Positions 37,478 to 47,565 of a stretch of DNA of 64,000 nucleotides are shown here, in pieces (position 1 is the stretch's first letter; each line of letters starts with the position of its first letter). A model generated the notes under the pieces. That model saw only the letters and a program-made list of their open reading frames with translations. It did no database searches and was not told where the DNA came from. The position numbers and the translations under genes are program-made. Source of the DNA: Treponemataceae bacterium (lineage in GTDB: Bacteria; Spirochaetota; Spirochaetia; Treponematales; Rectinemataceae); NCBI GenBank assembly GCA_963678065.2, contig CAXXVZ010000003.1, positions 832,001 through 896,000 on the forward strand. Direction: 5' to 3'.

Positions 37478-40398
37478 TCGCGCCGCTCTTTGTGCGCTCG
37501 GCGTACTCCTTTCACTGGGGGACGGCCATGCCCGCAGTACTCGCGAAGGCTGCCAAGAAAATGGGCTACGAATCGCTCGCCTTGACCGACCGGAACAGTG
37601 TCCATGGGATTCCTGTCTTTGAAGAAGCCTGCGGAAAAGAAGGGATCAAGCCCATTTTCGGCGCTGAACTACGGTATGAGGGGGGACGAAGCCTCCTCCT
37701 TGCTAGGACTCGGGCGGGGTTTTCGGCGATCTGCCGAATCCTGAGCCTGCGCTCGGAAGGAAGGCTCGATGCACGGGCGATACTATTGGGAAGGCAGGAA
37801 GGGCTTTCGGTCCTCACGGATGATGTAGAGTTTTTAGCGACGACATCGAGAAATCCGGAGCTCTACGCGCTGTTGACGCTAGGGAACCGGCGATACTGGA
37901 AAGCCTTGATCGCGACGGGGCAGGCTCCGATCGCGGCCCCAGAGGTTGTCTTTTTTTCACCTGAAGATCGGAAGATTCAGCGCCTTCTCGTCGCGATCGG
38001 GAGTAACCGATGCGTCGATGAGGTTCGGGAGGAGGAACTAGCCGGCCCTGAAGCTGTCGTGGTGGACCCAGAAGCGATGTGTCGGGAATTCGCCGGCGTG
38101 CCAGAAGCCCTGACAAACAACGAAAAGCTCTGTGAATCCGTAGAGATGCATACGCTCTTTGGCGGATGGGTCTTTCCTCATTATCCGACGGGGAACGGGG
38201 AGCGCGCGGCGGATCTGCTTCGGAAACGGGTGCTGATCGGCGCCTCGAAGCGGTATGGAAGTATCAAGCCGAAGATCCGGGAGCGGATCGACTACGAACT
38301 CAGGGTAATCGAAGAAAAGGGATTCTCTGATTATTTCTTGGTTGTGAAAGATATCGTGTCGGGTGCAAGCCGAAGCTGCGGGCGGGGAAGTGCGGCGGCG
38401 AGTGTTGTGTCCTACGCTCTAGGCATAACGGACGTGGATCCGATCCGCCACGGATTGTATTTTGAACGCTTTTTGAATCCGGGGCGAACGGATCCGCCTG
38501 ATATCGATGTGGACTTTGCCTGGGATGAGCGGGATGATCTCCTCGCGGGAGTAATCGCCGGCTTCGGCGAGGCCCATGCGGCACGCGTGGCAAACCATGT
38601 GTGTTTTCAACCCCGCTCGGCGTTGCGCGAGACGGCCCGCGCTTTGGGGCTGCCGGATGGGGAAATTTCAGCCTTTGAGCAAGCGCTGACCGCGGACCCT
38701 TTGAGGACCTGCGAGGATACCGACGCAACCTGGAAGGGAATCCTTCTGCTTTCGGAGTCACTTATCGGATTACCGCGTCACCTTGGCGTGCATTCCGGGG
38801 GGCTGATTGTGGTGCCGGATGCGCTGTGTGACCATGTGCCTCTCGAACGCACTGGCACCGGAATCCGGGTGACAGCCTGGGATAAAGAGGGGGTCGAGGC
38901 ATCTGGACTCATCAAAATTGATCTTTTGGGGAATCGGTCGTTGGCGGTGGTGCGGGATGCCTTGGCGAATCTAGAAGGCAATGGGAACGGGATCGATGAG
39001 GATTTGTGGAAGCCGATCGACGATGCGGCCACCGTGGAACTGCTGGCGCGCGGCGATTCGATGGGCGTTTTTTATGTTGAGTCCCCCGCCATGCGGATGT
39101 TACAGAAAAAGACGGGGAAAGGGGATTTTGAGCACCTTGTCATCCACTCATCAATAATCAGACCCGCTGCCAACAGGTTTATAAACGAGTATATCGACCG
39201 TCTGAAAGGGAAACCGTATATGCCCCTCCACCCGCGACTTTCGGGACAGCTTGCTGAGACCTATGGGATCATGTGCTACCAGGAGGATGTCTGCAAGGCG
39301 GCAATCGCGCTCGCGGATTTTTCTGCCATGGAGGCTGATAAACTCCGCAAGATTCTCTCCAAAAAGGATGTCGGGACCCGAATTGAGGCGTATCGATCGA
39401 AATTCTTCGAGGGCGCACGGGGGAATAACGTCGCGGAACGGACAATCGCGGAGGTATGGGCGATGATCGTGTCGTTTTCGGGGTACTCGTTTGTAAAGGC
39501 GCATAGTGCGAGCTACGCTATGCTCTCGTTCCGCTCGGCCTACCTTCGACGCCATCACCCAGCGGAATTTATGGCCTCAGTGCTGAGCAATCATGGGGGC
39601 TATTACTCTACCTTGGCCTATGTAAGCGAGAGTCGAAGGATGGGGTTGACCGTACGGCCTCCCGACGTAAACGCAAGCGAAACGCGCTGCATAGGCAGGG
39701 GGAATGAGATCCGGTTCGGGCTTTCGATGATCACATCGTTCGGGGAGGCAGCAGTCGTCGACATCCTTGAGGAACGGGCTGCCCGTGGGCCGTTTTCAAG
39801 CGTGGAGGATTTCTCCCGACGGGTCTCGCTCGATAGGACTGCGGCCGAAGCCCTCGTCGGATCCGGGGCTCTGGATTCACTGACGGGCGGTCCGTACCAT
39901 GCGGAAACGCTCATGCGCCTTCTGTGCGTTTACACGTCGGGCGAGAGTGACGGGCAACGGAGTGCAGAGTTGGCCTTCGACGAGGCACCTGTGGTGCGAG
40001 CGAAACAGAGAAGACCGGATTCTGTGAGAAAAATTCTTGAAGCCGAGATGCGTTATCTAGGGACAACGCTTGGAGCACACCCTCTCGAACTTTGGCCGCA
40101 GGCTCTATCCCGACCTCGGAGTCTCGCACGGGATCTTTCCAGGCTAAGGGGGAGAATCGTAGATCTAGTCGGCTGGCCGATCACTTCGAAACCGGTTTTA
40201 ACTGCTACCGAGGATGTAATGGAGTTTATCTCCTTCGAGGATGAGACCGCTCTGTACGAGACGGTTTTGTTTCCTGATGCGCTCCGGAGGTTCCGCCACC
40301 TGCTGTTCAGCGATGGGCCGTTGCTTGTACGAGGTCGCGTCGAGGAGGACCGGGGAGCGATTTCTGTAACCGTGATGGCTTTGGAACGTGTGCGGTGA
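37474..40398 (+). CDS. dnaE2: error-prone DNA polymerase III alpha (DnaE2-type)
   Basis: PHP domain, GRGSAA, PPDIDVDF, KIDLLG, YQED, FVKAHSASY, C-terminal OB fold; operon context. Confidence 0.88.
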   Translation: MIAPLFVRSAYSFHWGTAMPAVLAKAAKKMGYESLALTDRNSVHGIPVFEEACGKEGIKPIFGAELRYEGGRSLLLARTRAGFSAICRILSLRSEGRLDARAILLGRQEGLSVLTDDVEFLATTSRNPELYALLTLGNRRYWKALIATGQAPIAAPEVVFFSPEDRKIQRLLVAIGSNRCVDEVREEELAGPEAVVVDPEAMCREFAGVPEALTNNEKLCESVEMHTLFGGWVFPHYPTGNGERAADLLRKRVLIGASKRYGSIKPKIRERIDYELRVIEEKGFSDYFLVVKDIVSGASRSCGRGSAAASVVSYALGITDVDPIRHGLYFERFLNPGRTDPPDIDVDFAWDERDDLLAGVIAGFGEAHAARVANHVCFQPRSALRETARALGLPDGEISAFEQALTADPLRTCEDTDATWKGILLLSESLIGLPRHLGVHSGGLIVVPDALCDHVPLERTGTGIRVTAWDKEGVEASGLIKIDLLGNRSLAVVRDALANLEGNGNGIDEDLWKPIDDAATVELLARGDSMGVFYVESPAMRMLQKKTGKGDFEHLVIHSSIIRPAANRFINEYIDRLKGKPYMPLHPRLSGQLAETYGIMCYQEDVCKAAIALADFSAMEADKLRKILSKKDVGTRIEAYRSKFFEGARGNNVAERTIAEVWAMIVSFSGYSFVKAHSASYAMLSFRSAYLRRHHPAEFMASVLSNHGGYYSTLAYVSESRRMGLTVRPPDVNASETRCIGRGNEIRFGLSMITSFGEAAVVDILEERAARGPFSSVEDFSRRVSLDRTAAEALVGSGALDSLTGGPYHAETLMRLLCVYTSGESDGQRSAELAFDEAPVVRAKQRRPDSVRKILEAEMRYLGTTLGAHPLELWPQALSRPRSLARDLSRLRGRIVDLVGWPITSKPVLTATEDVMEFISFEDETALYETVLFPDALRRFRHLLFSDGPLLVRGRVEEDRGAISVTVMALERVR

Positions 40399-40734
40399 GG
40401 CTTTGTACGGTTGAGGCTCATGATCATTCTCTATCAGGCTATATCAGTATTACAAACACGATGCAGGAAATGTATAATTAATAATTTTTATATCATTTTT
40501 TGAAGCAAACGTGGACTTTCCGCACGATAGTATGTCGGAGGTACACGATGACCATCATCATTGTCTTCTTGCACACGAGATGCAGTCCGATTGTTTTTTC
40601 GGCGACCCGATCCTGTGCCGAGCGACGGCCGCCCTCCCCTTCCGAGTTCTTCTTTCACCCCGCTTTCCAGCCAAAGATTCTATCCGCTGCTGCTTGTATG
40701 AAAGCCCTCCCCTCTGTCGCCAGGCGGCGCGCAG

Positions 40735-40953
40735 GTGAGGGCTGAAACCCTGGAACGATACGCACAGAAGACTCGGTGTTTCCTGGCCAGCGAGCGCGGG
40801 CGGCGCGAGTATCGCTACGCCCGTTTCGTTGGCGGGATGTCCCATCTGCCGGCCCTGACGATGTGCGTCAGGATCGCAACCGGGATCGAAAGCTACGAAC
40901 GATTGTGCGCAATCGCCTATTATATGGATAAAACCAGAGACAAGGCGGCCTGA
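40735..40953 (+). CDS. hypothetical protein
   Basis: Short ORF before the phage-like early genes. Confidence 0.35.
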   Translation: MRAETLERYAQKTRCFLASERGRREYRYARFVGGMSHLPALTMCVRIATGIESYERLCAIAYYMDKTRDKAA

Positions 40954-41154
40954 ACCGAAAACCGCTTTTCCACACAATGCCGGGAACTCACAGCATACGG
41001 AAGGGATACCACGGATGACGCACGCGAATGCATTCACTTCACTTGCTCACTATCTGGATAAAAGATCTTATCACACAGCTTCATACTTCGTAACAATCGC
41101 TCTGGTCGTCGAAGCCAGCCGCATTGACCTTGTTTTTTCACGAAGCGAGGCGGC

Positions 41155-41346
41155 ATGAACGGCGTGGAAAAACAGTATTACTCAATCGAAGAGACCGCAC
41201 GGTATTTTGGTTGTTCCTCTCTGACCGTTCGCCGGTGGGTGAAAAAGAATCTCTTGCCATCGTTGAAATTGGGAGGGCGCCGTTTGATTCCGATTACGGC
41301 GCTATTACGGCTGCACGACCAGTTGTATGACAAAGAGGTCGCTTGA
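41155..41346 (+). CDS. excisionase-like HTH protein
   Basis: YSIEETARYFGCSSLTVRRWVK...LPSLKLGGRRLIP. Confidence 0.85.
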   Translation: MNGVEKQYYSIEETARYFGCSSLTVRRWVKKNLLPSLKLGGRRLIPITALLRLHDQLYDKEVA

Positions 41347-41618
41347 CCCGTTCGACGATCACCGGAGACTGCATGACACTCGATGAATTTCTCGCCCGCC
41401 ACCAGCGACAGGTTCGGCGGGCGAAACCAAAATTGCATATTCACGCTATCGATACGGATGAGGTTTTCAGGCCCGCGACGCTCGGGCGCGCGAGCGCGCG
41501 GCTCGAGGTGCTGCTTTTTAATACGACACTGCACTTTGGGATCCACAGGTACTCGGGGAAGCTCCTTCCGGGGCTTGTGGTGCACCGGCTGGGCGTGTAC
41601 TCGGGAGGCCGAATTTGA
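41343..41618 (+). CDS. phage-like hypothetical protein
   Basis: Coupled starts and stops with both neighbours. Confidence 0.55.
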   Translation: MTRSTITGDCMTLDEFLARHQRQVRRAKPKLHIHAIDTDEVFRPATLGRASARLEVLLFNTTLHFGIHRYSGKLLPGLVVHRLGVYSGGRI

Positions 41619-41995
41619 GGACGTTCCGGGATGAGGGCAGCCGCGTTGGCGCGGATGGACAGATGGAATTGTTCCCGTTCCAGCCGGTGACGCGCCGGCG
41701 GGAGGCGTCGATCGATGAGAGATTTTTGGCTTTCCACTACGCGAACCCGCATGTGTACCGCAACCTTTTAGTTCTGGCCCATCAGCTGAAGAGGGCCGGA
41801 AGGGAGCGGATCGGGATCAAACTGCTCTTCGAGAAGCTTCGATGGGAGTACCTGACGCGGACAGATCAGGCTATGGATGCATACGCGATCAACAACGATT
41901 TTACGTCGCGATACTCGCGGCTGTTGATGCAGGATCCGGGGCTTGCGGGGATGTTCAAGACGCGGGCGCTCCGGGATACGAGGAAGAGCGCATAG
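41615..41995 (+). CDS. phage-like hypothetical protein
   Basis: FHYANPHVY..LRWE..INND..YSRLLM pattern; GGGAGG RBS. Confidence 0.65.
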   Translation: MRTFRDEGSRVGADGQMELFPFQPVTRRREASIDERFLAFHYANPHVYRNLLVLAHQLKRAGRERIGIKLLFEKLRWEYLTRTDQAMDAYAINNDFTSRYSRLLMQDPGLAGMFKTRALRDTRKSA

Positions 41996-42046
41996 GGTGG
42001 AGATGGCGGGGACCGGGAGTTCGGCCCCCGCACTGCAAGGACTGGA

Positions 42047-42925
42047 ATGCACGTGTGGCTGAGACTCTATGTGGAGGTCCTGAACGATCCGAAAGTGCAA
42101 AAGCTTGAGGGAAAAACCTTTAGGACCTGGGTGAACTTGCTGTGTGTCGCGAAACAGGCTGACAAGGCAGGTGCACTGCCAGGGCGAGAGGATATCGCCT
42201 TTCTTTTACGTATGGAGGCGGGAGAGCTCGAGACGCAGCTCGACACGTTACGGGCCGCGGGGCTTGTCGAGGGGGAGAGGGATCTCGCGATGCACGGGTG
42301 GAGGGGGCGGCAGTATGACTCGGACGCGGACAGGACGGCGCTGGAACGAAAGCGCCGGCAACGGAAGAGGGAGAGCGAGCGCGCCGGGAAGGATGGTGGG
42401 GGGGGGCCTACTCTCAGGGATGTTGTCGCCGGACTAGTCACGAGTTCCGTTACAAATTCTGTCACGCGTGACGGATTCCAAGATGTCACGCGTACAGAGC
42501 AGAGCAGAAGCAGAGAGAGAGTCAGAGCAGATACAGAAGAGGGAGGGGAACTGGTCCGGCTTCCTCCTGCTGATCTGCTTCTTTCGGAGTGGGTGAGCCG
42601 ACGGAATTCGGCTGTCGGGTTTCTGGTCGGGTTTGATGAGCGGGACCGGGGGTATTCGGATCAGGCGCTCGCGAAGCTTGGGGGGGATCTGGAGCTCGCG
42701 CTCTCCTGTGTGGATTGGTATTTCTCACACTGGCAGGACTTCTGGTTCGCCTGCAAGCAGGGGGACGGGTATAGGGGGCCGAGTTTGCGGAGGCCGGAGT
42801 TTTGTTTTCGATCGTTTGCCGATCATATCGAGGCATGTATTCCGCCTGTACGCGCGGGGGGGCGTGATGTTTTGGAGGCGGACAGAGCTGTCGGGATGGG
42901 GGATCCAGACGATGAGCCGTTTTAG
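42047..42925 (+). CDS. phage replication initiator/replisome-organiser-like protein
   Basis: WLRLYVEVLNDPKV..WVNLLC, HGWRGRQ, ERKRRQR, VT repeats. Confidence 0.75.
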   Translation: MHVWLRLYVEVLNDPKVQKLEGKTFRTWVNLLCVAKQADKAGALPGREDIAFLLRMEAGELETQLDTLRAAGLVEGERDLAMHGWRGRQYDSDADRTALERKRRQRKRESERAGKDGGGGPTLRDVVAGLVTSSVTNSVTRDGFQDVTRTEQSRSRERVRADTEEGGELVRLPPADLLLSEWVSRRNSAVGFLVGFDERDRGYSDQALAKLGGDLELALSCVDWYFSHWQDFWFACKQGDGYRGPSLRRPEFCFRSFADHIEACIPPVRAGGRDVLEADRAVGMGDPDDEPF

Positions 42926-43400
42926 CGGCTGGAGGATGTGGGTGGGCGATTTGCGAGAAACGTTCATGAAGTCGATTGAACGGGATTATGGGGTGTATCC
43001 GGGGCGCTCGTGCGAACAGGGAAATGGTCATTTCGAGTCAGAGCGGGACAGGATCCGGCGCTGGCTTTTTTTGCGGTTTGATCAGAATCGGGAGGTGTTT
43101 GTGATGATTTTTGATGCGATTAGGGAGAATATCCCTCCTCGATATGGGGCCCCGGATCTTGCGACGATAAAACGAGCGGTAGAGCGGTATCAGGAGGAGT
43201 ACGGGGTCAGGTTGTACGCGAAGCCGGAGGCCCGGGATTTCGTGCCTATCGTGCGAACGGAGGAAGATATATGGGAAGCTGAGAAGGTGCAGCGCCTTGC
43301 TGAGGAAGCCGGTATCAATACACAGAGGGAGGGGTGGTTTACAGAGTATCTTTTGCGCGAGACTGGGAGAAATCGGGAAGGGATGGAGAGGTCGGCTTGA
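42912..43400 (+). CDS. phage-like hypothetical protein
   Basis: ATG at 42912 overlaps the initiator end. Confidence 0.55.
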   Translation: MSRFSGWRMWVGDLRETFMKSIERDYGVYPGRSCEQGNGHFESERDRIRRWLFLRFDQNREVFVMIFDAIRENIPPRYGAPDLATIKRAVERYQEEYGVRLYAKPEARDFVPIVRTEEDIWEAEKVQRLAEEAGINTQREGWFTEYLLRETGRNREGMERSA

Positions 43401-43663
43401 TACTGGGCGGGCCGGATTTCCTTTTCACAGTGTGGATTTCATGAAGGTTGAACTATCAAATCTGACACATAATAGAGGGGTGTGGACTGGTATTCCTGGA
43501 CGCCAGGCATCATAGAGTCGGGGGACTTCCTGTTCCTTATCAATAGCAGCTGTTTATTAGTGTCTATTTTATATGAATGACTTCAAAATCTATTGTATTT
43601 TACTTAAGCTGATTTATATTTACTAGAAGAAGAGAAAATAAATTTTCTCTTCTTGGAGAATTT

Positions 43664-44410
43664 ATGCAGAAAAGATTTCTCCCAGTTTTGCCATTAGCCG
43701 TTGTTTTATTAACATCGTGTGCAAGTGTCACTGCAACCAAAACATCCCGTGATGATTTTACTATTTCTGGCATACGTTATTATCTTCCACGTCCGTATAT
43801 ACTTGTCACCTCATCAACAACCATGGTTGAAAAAGCAGCTACCTCAGTTGTGAGATATGAAATAATATGGTTACCTGATTATAGCCAACAATATGCTATT
43901 TCAGTTAACTCGGGGCTTGGGAAAACAACAACAAATCTAACTTTTGAAAATGGATGGCAGTTTAATAAACTTGACTCAACTACTGACACAACAACTGTCA
44001 CAGATTCAATTAAAGCTCTCATTACTGAAGTGTCAAATCTTTTGACAACTAATAAGGGATTAAGCAATTCTAACGTTCTAGATGGATTATATAGGATAAA
44101 CTTCAATGAAAATGGAGAAATGAAAGGATTATCTTTAATTTCCAATTTCAGATATGCATCCATACCTGTAGAGCGGTTAAATGTAAAAGAAATAAAACAG
44201 ATCAAGATACAAGAGACGATTGACCTAATTACTTCAAAATATCCAGAGAATGGAAATGATGAATATTGGTGTTGCGATAGTCCAAACATCCTGTATATTG
44301 ATGCTATATCTGGTTCAATGACCGGACTCGCTATAGGGTCTACAGCAGTCAAAGCAATCTCCAGCTCTGGAAATACTCTTGCCACTTTTACTATTGAAGT
44401 AGTCCAATAG
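43664..44410 (+). CDS. putative lipoprotein with C-terminal Ig-like domain
   Basis: LLTSC lipobox, GIRYYLPRPY, low GC. Confidence 0.75.
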   Translation: MQKRFLPVLPLAVVLLTSCASVTATKTSRDDFTISGIRYYLPRPYILVTSSTTMVEKAATSVVRYEIIWLPDYSQQYAISVNSGLGKTTTNLTFENGWQFNKLDSTTDTTTVTDSIKALITEVSNLLTTNKGLSNSNVLDGLYRINFNENGEMKGLSLISNFRYASIPVERLNVKEIKQIKIQETIDLITSKYPENGNDEYWCCDSPNILYIDAISGSMTGLAIGSTAVKAISSSGNTLATFTIEVVQ

Positions 44411-44995
44411 ATTCGATTCTTAAGTTGTATTCATCATCTTCACTATATGTATGATCCTTTTATAGTGGAGGTTTGAGAGGACCTCCTCTGTGGTTTCTTT
44501 GTTTGCTGAGGAATGTGAGTTTATCCACAGTCACTGTACTAGATGCGACATGTCCACGAAAATCAGGTTAGGCCAGCTTGATTGTTGTATTGGGACAAGT
44601 TAAAAGAAACGAGTGAGACTTTCATCATAATGGTATTCTTGGTGATGAACCTCATGGCGTTGACAGGTGTTGGCGAGGAGAAAGGCGAAAGTCTTTTTTG
44701 TGTCGCTTATTGATACCATTGTTGAGATGGCTAGAAAGCAAGTTTTTATGCAAGAGTGGTGGCAAAGAACTGCCTGAAAGATAGGAAAGTGGGTTCTTCA
44801 GGAGCCCCTATATAGACACGCATGGTTCTCTCCATGAGACGCCAAAGCTACGGGCTATGATGAGCACCATGCCCAGAGCGTCGATACGTGACGGAGTCTT
44901 GAGAAAGAGGTCGTTGTCCATGAGCCGATCCTTGAGGAAGGCAAGGTCGCGGTAGGGACGCTGGAATGAGTAAACCACCACCTGCAAAGCAGGTG

Positions 44996-45234
44996 AGTAC
45001 TATGACTCGACAACCGACGTCTTGTTCGACCTGTCGGCTCAGGACGAAAGCCAGGGCACAGGCTTCCATAGCCACTGTGTCAGTTGCATGAAGGCTTGCG
45101 CAAAGTTGTGTTCGACCATGTATGTCCGTTTTGTAGCTTGACCGGATTGCGGGCTTCCCATCGCAAAGAATGCACACTTCCATGCTCTTTTTTGCCAGAT
45201 CGATACCGACAAACCTGCTCTTTCTCTGTTCCAT
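44996..45234 (-). pseudogene. IS110 transposase N-terminal fragment
   Basis: FVGIDLAKKS, VAMEAC, then loss of homology. Confidence 0.8.
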
Positions 45235-45509
45235 TCGATCCCTCCCGGATATAAAATGAGGGATGGGAGTCCTGCACTCTTCGCGGGGTACGCCGAGCTC
45301 CTATTCGCGGTGGTGCTGCCACAGCGGCACCCCGCACTTTTTTGTTCGGCGGCCGGTTTTGGTTTCTCATGCTGCCGAGGTCTTCTCGTTTGAGACGTTG
45401 CCTCTCAGCTGCGGGCCAACCGGCCACTGGCTCCCAAATCCCGTCGGATTTAGGATACTCCGCTTCAATGCGCATGCAATAATCATAAAGACTCGCTGCG
45501 GGGTAGTTG

Positions 45510-45950
45510 ATCGAGCTGCGCAATCGCGGTGTCCAAGACATACTCATCGCCGCCGTAGACGGCCTGACAGGATTTTCGGAAGCCATCAACGCGGTGTTTC
45601 CGAATACTGACGTTCAGCTATGCATCGTCCATATGGTCCGCAGTTCGCTCAAGTATGTCCCGTACAAAGACCGGAAAGCGATTGCCGCCGGCCACAAGAC
45701 AATCTATCTATCGCCATCCGAGGAAACAGCTGCAGCCGCCCTTGATGCCTTCGCGGAAGCGCGGGATAGAAGCTATCCCATGATCGCGCGTTCCTGGCGA
45801 ACCCGGTGGCCTGAGGTATTTCCTTTCCTCACGTTTCCGGACGTTATTCGGAAGGTCGTATATACGACGAATGCGATCGAGTCGGTGAACTACACGATTC
45901 GATCGGTCACCCGAAACCGGTAGTCCTTCCCAACGACTAATGCCACTGGA
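45510..45950 (+). pseudogene. IS256 transposase internal fragment
   Basis: ELRNRGVQDILIAAVDGLTGF, QLCIVH, YTTNAIES. Confidence 0.9.
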
Positions 45951-46063
45951 ACCGCATAGTCGATCCCAAGTCACAGCTACCCGCCGTCGCTTCCATGATC
46001 AATGACCTCTCAAGCCGTGACTCTCGGGTCTTTCTGAACATCAATAATCAGCCTGCACGTCGG

Positions 46064-46267
46064 TTACGCGGCTTCCCCTGCTCGAATGGATTTCGTCCGT
46101 GACTGCTTGATTCCAACAACATGACCATCGTGCATCGTGACTTCAAATCCAGCCGACCCGTAGTCTGGCAGAGAGTCAAGGAGTCGCTCCACCTCCATCA
46201 TAATAACTGTGCGGACGGTGACCGAAATTAACCGTGCCGCTGCTTTGCTTTCGTGACTCTCGTTCAT
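46064..46267 (-). CDS. small hypothetical protein
   Basis: AAGGAG RBS; YGSAGFEVTMHDG. Confidence 0.55.
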   Translation of the reverse strand: MNESHESKAAARLISVTVRTVIMMEVERLLDSLPDYGSAGFEVTMHDGHVVGIKQSRTKSIRAGEAA

Positions 46268-47121
46268 GGGTGCTCCTTAGGGAAAACCAGTATGGATTTT
46301 TCCTATGCGACCCGAATACAATGTGCACCAGAAATATCGACAGGGCAATCCCCCCAATTCCAGCCCACATTAGTGATATTTTGTATCGATCCTCGACAGC
46401 CACAATCAGCCTAAATCAGACAATACCTGTTCCGGAGACTGGAATCATGAAAATAAATAGAAATTAATGGTTTTTCAAGGCAATCATTGGCCAAGTTCCG
46501 AATGGCTCACTTTCATTGCGGAGAATGCAGGTAGTCGAGCGGGCCCTTTTCTTGTACCTGTCTGGCTCTCCGGGTGTTGATTCGCTTCGTGTCAGTGATT
46601 ACATGCATCGGCTTCTTATCAGTTTTTCTGCTGTCATGACTTGAGTAAATCTATGATAGTAAATAAATACTAATGAATATGTCATACTCAAATATTAGCT
46701 TGATGCAAATTTCCTTACAGAAAATATATTTGTCAACAATGTATGTATTGAATGTAATATATATAGAATATAATGTAAGAAATCTATATATCAATAAAGT
46801 GAAATTTTACGCTTGATACAACACTTCTCTTTTTCGGATCGGATGAACAATACTAGATGCACCCGAAATAGGAATACAAATTTGCATTATTGTTTGTAAT
46901 ACAATAATGTCTATATGAGATCGCATAACCATTGAGTAAGGTTACTCGAAAAGTTACTTTTTGACGTGGAAAATTACATCTTTCATCTTGATTTCCCTGA
47001 TATTCAATGATAGTATTTGTGATGTTAAGATATAGGTATGTCTTAACTACGTAATTATTTAAGCCGGATTAATGCTAACGTGTGATAGTGTTTGATTGTT
47101 ATTGATATATTGCTTGAGAGG

Positions 47122-47164
47122 GCCTTCCAAGCTGGAGACGTGGGTTCGACTCCCATCGGTCGCT
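47122..47164 (+). other. tRNA-Gly(TCC) 3' fragment; probable right att site of the island
   Basis: Anticodon loop CTTCCAA, T-arm GTGGG-TTCGACT-CCCAT, acceptor 3' strand; no D-arm or 5' acceptor strand upstream. Confidence 0.85.
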
Positions 47165-47565
47165 TAAAAAAAATTAATATTCCTGCATAATCCATCGAAA
47201 TGGTCAATTTCAATCAGGATAATCATCCCATCTTGACAGAAACAATCACATGATCGAAAGTTATCGAGAGTCGTGCATGACAACGTGACCCTGTCGTGCC
47301 TTGAGCCAGAAGGAATTGGCAGGATCGCGGGCTGACTGGAAATTCCGACCTTTTCTCCACAGGAGCGTGGAATGGAAACGGTCCCCAGATCAAAGAGATA
47401 GAAATCTACGAGAACCCGTGAAAACTGGGAAGCAATTTGCTTCACCTGGCATGATTCGATCAGAGTATCTCTCCAGTTGCCGACCATGACCTGTGCTGTC
47501 AACCATGGGCCAGTCCGTGTTACGCGGATCTCCTCGGATAGTGGCAGGATTTAAGGAGAAGCTCG

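Noticed and set aside
47122..47164. Complete tRNA gene
   Set aside because: 5' half is absent.
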